From assembly GCA_016214885.1 (NCBI GenBank), contig JACRMP010000037.1, forward strand, positions 7,675 through 71,674: a stretch of DNA of 64,000 bases, in the 5' to 3' direction. Shown piece by piece: positions 56,058 to 64,000 of the stretch. The stretch is from Candidatus Gottesmanbacteria bacterium (GTDB lineage Bacteria > Patescibacteriota > Microgenomatia > UBA10105 > UBA927). The notes beneath the pieces are model-generated. The model made no database searches, was not told the DNA's origin, and was given only the letters and a program-made list of their open reading frames with translations. Made by a program: the position numbers and the translations under genes. Each line of letters begins with the position of its first letter. Position 1 is the first letter of the stretch.

Positions 56058-58519
56058 AAGTTTTTGCGGAAGAGCATTCTGTATGACGCGTCTTTCGTAA
56101 GATCTGTATTGTACTCAAGTACACCCGGTTTTGCAACTCCCGCCTCGCTAACGACCCCCCAACTTTGGGGATAAGCAATAACCGTTTGCCAGGGAAACTG
56201 CGCTACACCCGCCTGCTTCCTCAAGGTGAACTGAAACGTTCCCTGCCCCTTAAATGCGACCGCTCCGGGTCGCACCCATCTGATCGACAACTGACGTGTT
56301 TGCCGTGGTACAACGAGAAATGGCACATGTATCACCCGCTGATCTCCAATCTGTTCGTTAATCCAATATGGTGCTGGTGGAGGCACCACACTCCCCAAAT
56401 CCCGGATAGGAACTTCGACCCCATCAAGCGCAATTGACCGAACCTGCGCATCCGAAGGCATAACTAACCGCATGTAACTCTGATACCCTCCTCCCCCGCT
56501 TTCCTGTGCATGCGCACTATTCCGTATATTCATGGTCAATGTATGATCAATGTCGCCATTCTCCATAATTGCTATCTGCGAAACTGCTTCTTTTGTGACA
56601 AAAAAATTACTTTTATTAATACTGAGGTTCGCGTCAATAACTCCAACACCATCACCTACACAATCCATATCTTTATACGGAGCCTGACACTCCTGGATGG
56701 CAACTCCGCCATTCCACCCCCACTGGGTTACCAGCGATTGCAGCTCTGAGTCAGGAAAGTAAAACTGCAAATCACGCGCTTGAATGGATTGAGTCAAAAC
56801 AGAAAGCAAGCCACCTGCAGATAACGATGAGTCGGTAGTAATTCTCGTCAACACCGCACTGATCAGAGCCCCCAAAAAATCTTTCTTTTGGGTGCTACCG
56901 GGGAAAAAATCCGTTTCCGTATAAAGCAGGGACTTTGCAAAAAAATTGTTTTCTGAAATACGCTCATTAAAATCCAAAAGCTCAATTGGTCCTGTAATCC
57001 TGAGAAGCTGGGTCACCATAGGAAGACTCACGGCGATAACGCCGTCAACAGATTGGCCCAGTTCTTTTTCATAAAACCATGCTGCCATTGCTCCGCTCTT
57101 CTCGAAATCAGGATCCCAATTACTATCACGCAAATACCAATGTTCCTGCCCGATAATTTCGCGGATAGGAAGCGGTGGGTCAACATGTCCTTTCAGTTGC
57201 CCGTCGGCGGTATACACATCCTGTACCTCTAATACATCAACCTTGCCGTCTATAAATGATACAACTAATAAACTGCCGATAAATCCTCCGGTCGGACGAA
57301 GCTCCATGCTGTTTTGAAGAAGAACCAGATATGTCTGTTTTTTTCGAAACCCCGCTATCCTTGGATACAGAGTAAGAAGCCGATCGGTATATCCAACTAT
57401 TCCTCTAAGCTCTGTCAGCTTAATCAGCCCCTTCGACATGTACGTCGACACGGTCTTCGTTTGAAAAGGAAAACGCTGAGACTGCGATAATGAATTTAAC
57501 TGCGCGGATATAAGCGCGAGATGTTGGGAAACACGCGAAACCTCTGTCGCCAAATTAATTACGTCGGAAACTCCCGCTTTCTGTGTTTTATCGTCGGGAA
57601 ACAAAACGCCGGCAGCAACAACCTTACTTGTTTGAAAAATTGTCAGCACTCCTGTTTCCGTTGATGCAATTTGCGAAAGAATAGATAGCAGTCTGTCCTG
57701 GTCTTCAACAATTCCGCTTTGTCCAATAAGCAGAAGCAACGGAGACCCCAACGCCAACAATCCCCTCGACGCCTGTAAATAGGTGTTGCTGTACGCTATG
57801 AGCGGAGGAGTAAATCGGGTATTCCCATCGGTTAGTGTTTTTCCGCTTAACGCCAACAACGTTACCGTTGCCACTACGGATAATAAATAGAATATAAAAG
57901 GCAGCAATACCGAAAAAATTAATACGGTAATAACAACGCCGACCCGTTGTATATTCATACTATTACTCGGCCTTCCGAGAAATTCCTTTTGCTGATAAAT
58001 TTGCCGCATAGCACTATCAACCCGCACACGGTCATTCCTCCCCCTTTTCTCCATGTCAGGCGACGGCTCACGTGGCGGTTCATGTGGCATTACACTAGCC
58101 TTTCTGGGGGCGCTGGGCTCTTTTCGGGCGTTTATACTATTGGCTTTCCCTGTGAAAAAATACAAAAATATTTCCTGCACTTCCTTCGGCGTTAGTTGCC
58201 TGGCATCAATATAGTACTGTTTAACATTGTGTGACTTAAGTGAAATCAGATCCTTCTCATCCCCTTCGTATACAATTGCCAATTTTTTTGCATTCCCCCA
58301 TGAAGGAGCATCGAAAAAAGATTTCACGAAGTCAGTGTCACCTACCCCGATCACATACCAAGGAGCACTGTTTGTTTCACGATTCACCGCCACGCGACAG
58401 CCATTCTGTTCCAGATATTCCCGCAAGGGTTGGACCCATGAAACATCCTGCGCCTGTATACGGGCCGATGGCGCGTTCGATTCAGCACTATCATTTGTAA
58501 ATTGAGCAGATGAGGTCAT
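56054..58519 (-). CDS. DUF4012-like membrane-anchored protein
   Basis: YLVLLQN..ELRPTGGFIGS, LRDSNW.PDF, DGVIA and NKS motifs. Confidence 0.8.
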   Translation of the reverse strand: MTSSAQFTNDSAESNAPSARIQAQDVSWVQPLREYLEQNGCRVAVNRETNSAPWYVIGVGDTDFVKSFFDAPSWGNAKKLAIVYEGDEKDLISLKSHNVKQYYIDARQLTPKEVQEIFLYFFTGKANSINARKEPSAPRKASVMPHEPPREPSPDMEKRGRNDRVRVDSAMRQIYQQKEFLGRPSNSMNIQRVGVVITVLIFSVLLPFIFYLLSVVATVTLLALSGKTLTDGNTRFTPPLIAYSNTYLQASRGLLALGSPLLLLIGQSGIVEDQDRLLSILSQIASTETGVLTIFQTSKVVAAGVLFPDDKTQKAGVSDVINLATEVSRVSQHLALISAQLNSLSQSQRFPFQTKTVSTYMSKGLIKLTELRGIVGYTDRLLTLYPRIAGFRKKQTYLVLLQNSMELRPTGGFIGSLLVVSFIDGKVDVLEVQDVYTADGQLKGHVDPPLPIREIIGQEHWYLRDSNWDPDFEKSGAMAAWFYEKELGQSVDGVIAVSLPMVTQLLRITGPIELLDFNERISENNFFAKSLLYTETDFFPGSTQKKDFLGALISAVLTRITTDSSLSAGGLLSVLTQSIQARDLQFYFPDSELQSLVTQWGWNGGVAIQECQAPYKDMDCVGDGVGVIDANLSINKSNFFVTKEAVSQIAIMENGDIDHTLTMNIRNSAHAQESGGGGYQSYMRLVMPSDAQVRSIALDGVEVPIRDLGSVVPPPAPYWINEQIGDQRVIHVPFLVVPRQTRQLSIRWVRPGAVAFKGQGTFQFTLRKQAGVAQFPWQTVIAYPQSWGVVSEAGVAKPGVLEYNTDLTKDASYRMLFRKNL

Positions 58520-58649
58520 AGAAGGGGTTAACTACCGTTAACTGTATTATGACAAACAGCCGCACCGAAAACAACTGAAGCGATTAGACGTAAACGTGTA
58601 ATCACACGGATACATCACATGAGGCAGCATGGCTGGTGTGGGAATTGGA

Positions 58650-59096
58650 TCAGGATTCGTCAAGCGCTTTGTTCACCTGGAAATCGGCCGCGCTATTTTG
58701 TTCACGGGGTACCGCACCATAAGTAACATTTATCCCTAACTCCGATTCCAACGACCGCACTTTCATAAGCAGGTCGCGCAGGTGGGGCTGTTTAATTTTA
58801 TAGAGACCATTTAACTGGTTTACAACCAACGTTGAATCGAGATAAAAACTAACCGTTGAGCCGCTGTAATTTTTTCCGCTGTCTCGCAAATAAGTTAATG
58901 CTTCAACGACCGCTGTGTACTCTGCGGTATTATTAGTCCCCTCCCCTATTCGTTTACCAAAAGCGGCAATAAGCTTTTTATTTTTTTCGCCGCAATTACG
59001 AGGTGAAGCGCACGTACACTCTTCTATCACTACCCCGATACCGGAGGGGCCCGGATTACCTCTTGCTCCTCCATCGGTATGAATAACTAACTGCAT
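58650..59096 (-). CDS. rnhA: Ribonuclease HI
   Basis: TDGGARGNPG, TNN.AEY, DS.LVV.Q and PREQN..AD motifs. Confidence 0.93.
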   Translation of the reverse strand: MQLVIHTDGGARGNPGPSGIGVVIEECTCASPRNCGEKNKKLIAAFGKRIGEGTNNTAEYTAVVEALTYLRDSGKNYSGSTVSFYLDSTLVVNQLNGLYKIKQPHLRDLLMKVRSLESELGINVTYGAVPREQNSAADFQVNKALDES

Positions 59097-59212
59097 ACTA
59101 TCCCCCTTTATTAAATTCCATGGGCTAACGCCCATGATTTCTATAAAACTGATGAATTTCTCTCACCCCCTCCGCTGGCTGGCGGATGCGGACGATCATT
59201 CATCCGCGAGCT

Positions 59213-60520
59213 TTAGCTCATGGTTTTCTGATCGGTCAAATAAACACGCGGCAAAACATAAAATGACGTGGCGACCAGAACAAAAAACTCTGATCCAACG
59301 GTTATCCACGCCGCCGCCATATAACCGTATACCGGTATTAATACAATATTACCTATGATATTGGCAAGCATCGCTATACCGTGAATGATTAGCAATGCGA
59401 CTAGCTGTTTTTGCGCAATAATAAACCACATAAATAAAGCTGACACAAAAAAAATAGGAAGCCCAATAATCAATACGCGGAGTGGAGCCACACTTGCTGC
59501 AAAATCGGGTCGGACAAACGTCACAAGTGGGGCTGCAAACCATAACCCCAGAATAAGAGTAAGTGAACTCAGCAACAAAAACTGCAACGACCGAATAAAA
59601 ATAACCCGCTGTCCGCCGGGGTTACCTCCTTGTGCCTGCAAAAGCAAAGGGTATACAGCATTCATAAAAAAAATTGGGACGACAAGCGGAAGCTCGAAAA
59701 CTTTATATGCTAATCCATAAATACCTACCTCCTCGGTAGACCGGCTGAGCGCGAGGATGACACTGTCAGAGTGGAAGTATATAAGATTAAAAACAAGAGC
59801 CAACCCGAGTGGTGCACTTTCATTAAGTAATCCCAAAAATTGCCCAACGTTAAATGTCGGACGTATTACCGGTAACTTACGCTGAACAAGATACAAGGCA
59901 ACAATGGCAGTCGCCAAACTACCCATAAAAACAGAAACAACACCGAGCAGGGGTCCGCTTATGGGGGATAGAATCGTCAGCACTAAGGCGGTTGTGACCA
60001 AAAAAAATGACCCCACATTTTGTGCATTCGTAGAATAGTCATAGCGCAGCATCTTCTGAAACAACGCGTTGGTTGTCGTCGTTATCGCTTGGGCAATAAT
60101 AACCGGAACAAGCAAAATAATACCCAGGCGCACCAGGGGAGTATATCCCTGACCTAGGGTATGGGGGAAAAACGAAAGTATGACAAGCGCCACAACCACC
60201 AAGACCGCGCTTACGACAAGCCGCAATCCTAACAGAAGCCGCCACTGATCGGATGAAGTTTTGGATAGTGCGCCGTTTTTAGTAACAGTGCGCTGAAGAT
60301 AGACCGCATTAAGCCCAAAATCTGCAAGAAGATAAAAAAATCCGACGTACGTTGTTATTTTTACAAAATCCCCATAGCCCTCAGGACCAAATTTCTGAGC
60401 AATAAGAAGACTGACAATAACAATGGTAACCGAACTTACAATCCGTCCGATAAGCTGACTTACGGTGTTCCCGGCGATGACTCTCCGTAACGACCCCTTA
60501 GGAAACCAATCTTTCAACAT
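59213..60520 (-). CDS. Polysaccharide flippase (Wzx-like)
   Basis: About 12 TM helices; G.EGYG, DFGL, D...L......VG.Y and N..LIP.YG motifs. Confidence 0.88.
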   Translation of the reverse strand: MLKDWFPKGSLRRVIAGNTVSQLIGRIVSSVTIVIVSLLIAQKFGPEGYGDFVKITTYVGFFYLLADFGLNAVYLQRTVTKNGALSKTSSDQWRLLLGLRLVVSAVLVVVALVILSFFPHTLGQGYTPLVRLGIILLVPVIIAQAITTTTNALFQKMLRYDYSTNAQNVGSFFLVTTALVLTILSPISGPLLGVVSVFMGSLATAIVALYLVQRKLPVIRPTFNVGQFLGLLNESAPLGLALVFNLIYFHSDSVILALSRSTEEVGIYGLAYKVFELPLVVPIFFMNAVYPLLLQAQGGNPGGQRVIFIRSLQFLLLSSLTLILGLWFAAPLVTFVRPDFAASVAPLRVLIIGLPIFFVSALFMWFIIAQKQLVALLIIHGIAMLANIIGNIVLIPVYGYMAAAWITVGSEFFVLVATSFYVLPRVYLTDQKTMS

Positions 60521-60551
60521 GGGGTCATTGTAGCAGAAAAGCTATAATGTA

Positions 60552-61850
60552 TTACGTCCGCCGTCCTAAAAATAAGGAAAGACAAAGGGTAAAAAGTAGT
60601 TGGCCCTGCTGAAGCGTCACCGGGTAATGATCAACAAATCCCAATAGATACATCCCTACAACAGGGAACAGTAGCACCACGTAATCACTTCGCAAAGCAC
60701 CGGGATGAAAAAACATTTGCATTAGCCTCTGTCTAAATAGCAAAAGAATCAGCAAAATGCCGAACACACCCATTAATCCGGTTTCCGCAAACCATAACAT
60801 ATATATATTATGAACTGGCTGTAAGAAGTTGCCGGCTCTGTTGGAAAAAACGCCGGGTAACGAAACAAGAAAATTTCCAAGCCCTACGCCGGTAATCGGA
60901 GAATACTGCCAAATAGCAACTGCTGACCGTTGTAATTCCTGACGTCTTACTATCGACTCGTCAGACGCCGCAGGAAAAAACAATATGAGGGTGATAACAA
61001 AAAAACAAACAAGCAGCAGGGGACTGATGTACTGCTTTATGAAAGAAAATGAGGTATCCAAAGATGCTTTCTTCCGAAGTATGGCATAGGATACGCCGCC
61101 GGCAAGCAGACCGACAAACCAGGCGCTTCTACTAAACGATATAAATAAGCCGATAAGCGCCACCAATACAACGGCAGTAGTAAGCCAGCGATTTTTTTTG
61201 TTATATACCAACGGGTAAACAAGATAGGGAAGTGTAACCGCAAGAAACCCCCCCAACACGTTTGGGTGTGGGAAGGTCGCATAAGGACGAACCAACATCC
61301 TGCAGGAATATTCATTGGGTAAACAAAGGGTAAACCGCGCCACTCCGGGCGTGTCCAAAACAAACGTCCGTTCGCCAATTACCCAGAATACTCCGCCTAA
61401 TGAATGCTGAAGAATAAATTGCCAAATGGCAAGTAAAGATGAAATCACTACAGCAATACTGATAGGTAATAGTATTGTAGATACCTTTACCCTTGAATGG
61501 ATAATATACCAACCCAAGCACAGATACTCGATGACTTTTGCCCATTTGTAAATAGCAATCTGCGGACTCTTTGCAAAATATATATTAATGAAGATAAGTG
61601 CCACGACGGCAATACCTATGCCGATAGACTTCCATGTGGGTAAATACAAAATCTGACGACGCTTTGGTAAACTTTCATGCCCCCAATAAATGAGAGTAAG
61701 AATAATAAGTATATCGGTGAAATAAATAGTCGGAGACAAATAATCTATGCGCCTACCCAACACATATGACCACTCAGGCCATACATGTAACCCTAGTTGT
61801 GTAGGAAGAAAAACTATGAGAAGAAAAAATAATTTCCTGTGGATTGCCAT
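60552..61850 (-). CDS. O-antigen ligase (WaaL/Wzy_C) family protein
   Basis: R.YATF.HPN, S.SR, G.G.GNF and HN.Y....E.G motifs. Confidence 0.88.
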   Translation of the reverse strand: MAIHRKLFFLLIVFLPTQLGLHVWPEWSYVLGRRIDYLSPTIYFTDILIILTLIYWGHESLPKRRQILYLPTWKSIGIGIAVVALIFINIYFAKSPQIAIYKWAKVIEYLCLGWYIIHSRVKVSTILLPISIAVVISSLLAIWQFILQHSLGGVFWVIGERTFVLDTPGVARFTLCLPNEYSCRMLVRPYATFPHPNVLGGFLAVTLPYLVYPLVYNKKNRWLTTAVVLVALIGLFISFSRSAWFVGLLAGGVSYAILRKKASLDTSFSFIKQYISPLLLVCFFVITLILFFPAASDESIVRRQELQRSAVAIWQYSPITGVGLGNFLVSLPGVFSNRAGNFLQPVHNIYMLWFAETGLMGVFGILLILLLFRQRLMQMFFHPGALRSDYVVLLFPVVGMYLLGFVDHYPVTLQQGQLLFTLCLSLFLGRRT

Positions 61851-61976
61851 TACGGCTATTATAGCAAGAGAACAATAATTAACGGCTTATTGTTCGTTAT
61901 CGCAGCGATATACTGCCCACCGACCGTATTAGTTTTTGAAAGGGGTAAATAAAACGCTGCAGAACTAGACGGTATT

Positions 61977-62441
61977 TTATACTGCGTCTTCCAATTTTGG
62001 CTTAACAAGAAGCACCCGCTCATCACCCTCGCCGGATGATTCGGTGATGATGCGTTCATCACCTGACAAAGTTAGATGGATTATTCTCCGCTCAGCAGGG
62101 GACAAGCGGGAAAGTTCAACTGGTCTGCCTGATGCAAGCGCCCGTTCGGCTGCGCGCTGTGCCATATGCATAAGCGCTTCCTCACGTTTCTCGCGGTAAT
62201 CGCCGACGTTAACGTATGTCTTTACCCAACGGCCAAGTTTTTTGGACACAATAATTCCCAGTATTACCTGAAGGCTTTCCAGCGTTTTTCCGTGATGCCC
62301 GATTAACAACCCCGTCTCTTCAGTGCTGATATTTACACGGAACGCATCGGTTTCATCGGTGGTAACCGTAACAGTTCCCACTATTTCCAGCTTACCCAAT
62401 AGTTCTTCTGCGATACTTGTGACGGCTTGTATATCATCCAT
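61977..62441 (-). CDS. jag: Jag/KhpB RNA-binding protein (KH plus R3H)
   Basis: LIGHHGKTL..LQ, ERRIIH and S.GEG..R motifs. Confidence 0.9.
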   Translation of the reverse strand: MDDIQAVTSIAEELLGKLEIVGTVTVTTDETDAFRVNISTEETGLLIGHHGKTLESLQVILGIIVSKKLGRWVKTYVNVGDYREKREEALMHMAQRAAERALASGRPVELSRLSPAERRIIHLTLSGDERIITESSGEGDERVLLVKPKLEDAV

Positions 62442-62442
62442 A

Positions 62443-63246
62443 TTATTTCTCCTTATTTATCTGGAGTTGTTGCATAATACCAAAAAGTCCGAAAACGTTC
62501 CAGTAGAGAGCTAAACCGAGCGGAAACTGGTAAGCGAAAATTCCGAACATGATGGGAGTAATCATCGCCATCTGCTTCTGCATTTCCGCTGCCGTATCTT
62601 CAGGCTTCTTCTCATCTTTGCCACTTACGACCAGCTTCTTTGTCGCCTCTGTCGGACTCACCTGCGGCATCATCAGCTTGCTCTGCCACCACTGAAGTCC
62701 TGCAGTAATAACCGGAATAAGCAGGAGCCAATACCCGTCTGACTGCCACTGGCTTGGCTTTATCCCGAGATTCGTACCAAAAAAAGATAAATCAAGCGTG
62801 CCGATTTTAAGAACGGGGGAGTACACCACCTGATTTATTTCCTGTGTCAGTTTAACAAGGTCACCGTTTTGCAGCACCTGATAAAACACGTTATAGAGTG
62901 CAATAAGCACCGGCATCTGGACAAGAAGGGGGAGGCAACCGGCAGCAGGATTTATGTTGTGCTGTTTATATAAATCCATTTGTGCCTGTTGAAGTGCTTT
63001 TTTATCATCTTTGTGTTTTACATTTATAGCATCGAGGTGCGGCTTGAGCTGCTGCATTTTCTTGGCTGATTTCATTTGCGCGGCCATAAGAGGATAAAGG
63101 ATGAGTCGTATAACTACGGTAAGCCCGATCACGGCAAAACCCAAAGGACCCGGAATATGCATCCATTCAAAAAACTTATACAGCGCGACAAGAAGGTTAA
63201 TAATGGGCCACACGAGTAACTGGTTCCAAAGAGTAGGGTTGATCAT
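62443..63246 (-). CDS. yidC: Membrane protein insertase YidC
   Basis: IRLILYPL, NPAAGCLP.LVQMP and GLALYW motifs. Confidence 0.94.
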   Translation of the reverse strand: MINPTLWNQLLVWPIINLLVALYKFFEWMHIPGPLGFAVIGLTVVIRLILYPLMAAQMKSAKKMQQLKPHLDAINVKHKDDKKALQQAQMDLYKQHNINPAAGCLPLLVQMPVLIALYNVFYQVLQNGDLVKLTQEINQVVYSPVLKIGTLDLSFFGTNLGIKPSQWQSDGYWLLLIPVITAGLQWWQSKLMMPQVSPTEATKKLVVSGKDEKKPEDTAAEMQKQMAMITPIMFGIFAYQFPLGLALYWNVFGLFGIMQQLQINKEK

Positions 63247-63497
63247 AAATAGTATTTAGTGGGAACGGGATCCATTCCGCCCTTTGCCCAAGGATGGCAC
63301 CGGAGTATCCGAAGCATCCCTAACCACAATCCGTAGATTATACCATAGCGGCTAATGGCTTGATACATATATTCACTGCAGGTTGGCCGGTATCGGCATG
63401 CGCTATCAACAAGCCAAAGAGACTTAAGGATTCCTGTGTCAGGCGAAAGATATCGCTGATACCAGCGGATTGAAGCAAGCAATAGTTGTTTGATCAT
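63243..63497 (-). CDS. yidD: Membrane protein insertion efficiency factor YidD
   Basis: YQ...SP, CRY.PTCS.Y and RC.PW..GG.DPVP motifs. Confidence 0.94.
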   Translation of the reverse strand: MIKQLLLASIRWYQRYLSPDTGILKSLWLVDSACRYRPTCSEYMYQAISRYGIIYGLWLGMLRILRCHPWAKGGMDPVPTKYYL

Positions 63498-63829
63498 AGT
63501 GTTAGTAGCCCGGCCTTGCCAAACAGGGCAAAAAGTACGGGTTTCATCGTGACATAGGTCTCGGATGTTTTGGCTTTCACCACAACAACTGCATCAACGC
63601 AGTCGGCAATATGCGGCAATTCCCGGTGAACGACCTCACGGATCAACCGTTTTATTCGGTTTCTTACCGCCGCTCGTTTATCTACTTTTGTCGAAACAAT
63701 AAAGGCAAACCGTTTACCACCCTGATTTTTTTGGAAAATAATTTCCATTGATTCATTGCGCACCCGTTTGCCATGGCGCATGAGAGGAGCAATATGTATG
63801 GAAGGAAGACGCAGTTCTTTTGGAAGCAT
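63494..63829 (-). CDS. rnpA: Ribonuclease P protein component
   Basis: MLPK..RL and VS.KV...A..RNRIKR motifs. Confidence 0.92.
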   Translation of the reverse strand: MLPKELRLPSIHIAPLMRHGKRVRNESMEIIFQKNQGGKRFAFIVSTKVDKRAAVRNRIKRLIREVVHRELPHIADCVDAVVVVKAKTSETYVTMKPVLFALFGKAGLLTL

Positions 63830-63836
63830 GAAAAAA

Positions 63837-63974
63837 TTAGACGGTAAGTTTTTTCCGTCCCGTCGCACGGCGGCGCTTAAGCACCAGTCTCCCTTTGACG
63901 GTTTTCATTCGCTCACGGAATCCGTGAGTTCGTTTTCTCTTAAGTTTTTTCGGCTGGTATGTCCGTTTTGGCAT
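63837..63974 (-). CDS. rpmH: 50S ribosomal protein L34 (below the ORF-track size cut-off)
   Basis: Translated by hand: [45 protein letters not shown]. Confidence 0.96.
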   Translation of the reverse strand: MPKRTYQPKKLKRKRTHGFRERMKTVKGRLVLKRRRATGRKKLTV

Positions 63975-64000
63975 ACATATAGTATATCGAATTAACCGGC

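Noticed and set aside
1-64000. CRISPR array, IS transposase or alternative genetic code
   Set aside because: No regularly spaced repeats or transposase motifs were seen by eye. TGA terminates several clear genes, consistent with code 11.

Overview
This window looks like chromosome from a reduced-genome bacterium, most likely Patescibacteria/CPR (Microgenomates-like). That assignment is inferred from the gene content, archaeal-type pyrH and ATP-dependent ligase, CCA-less tRNA genes and many SD-less starts. It runs from the 5' end of a 23S rRNA gene with tRNA-Ala and no linked 16S (left edge) to the rpmH-rnpA-yidD-yidC-jag cluster (right edge, usually next to oriC). Most genes are on the minus strand. 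Highlights: (1) an ~11 kb array (839-11847) in which eight uncharacterised amphipathic 200-350 aa proteins from paralogous families alternate with five small acidic paralogues around an atypical ABC exporter, with a shared palindromic promoter motif; this is a candidate effector/immunity (or effector/chaperone) export system. (2) A Trp T-box-controlled operon encoding a SerK/SbnI-like ParB-fold kinase, TrpB2 and a TrpRS fused to a tRNA-binding domain, a candidate phosphoserine-dependent indole-salvage pathway. (3) Two terminator-type T-box riboswitches (Trp, Val) with ultra-short Stem I. (4) Many apparent leaderless promoters and a non-canonical initiator tRNA. The rest is a copper/thiol-redox cluster plus DNA repair, cell-surface glycosylation and translation genes. 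No CRISPR array or transposase was seen. All calls come from reading motifs by eye; no database searches were run.
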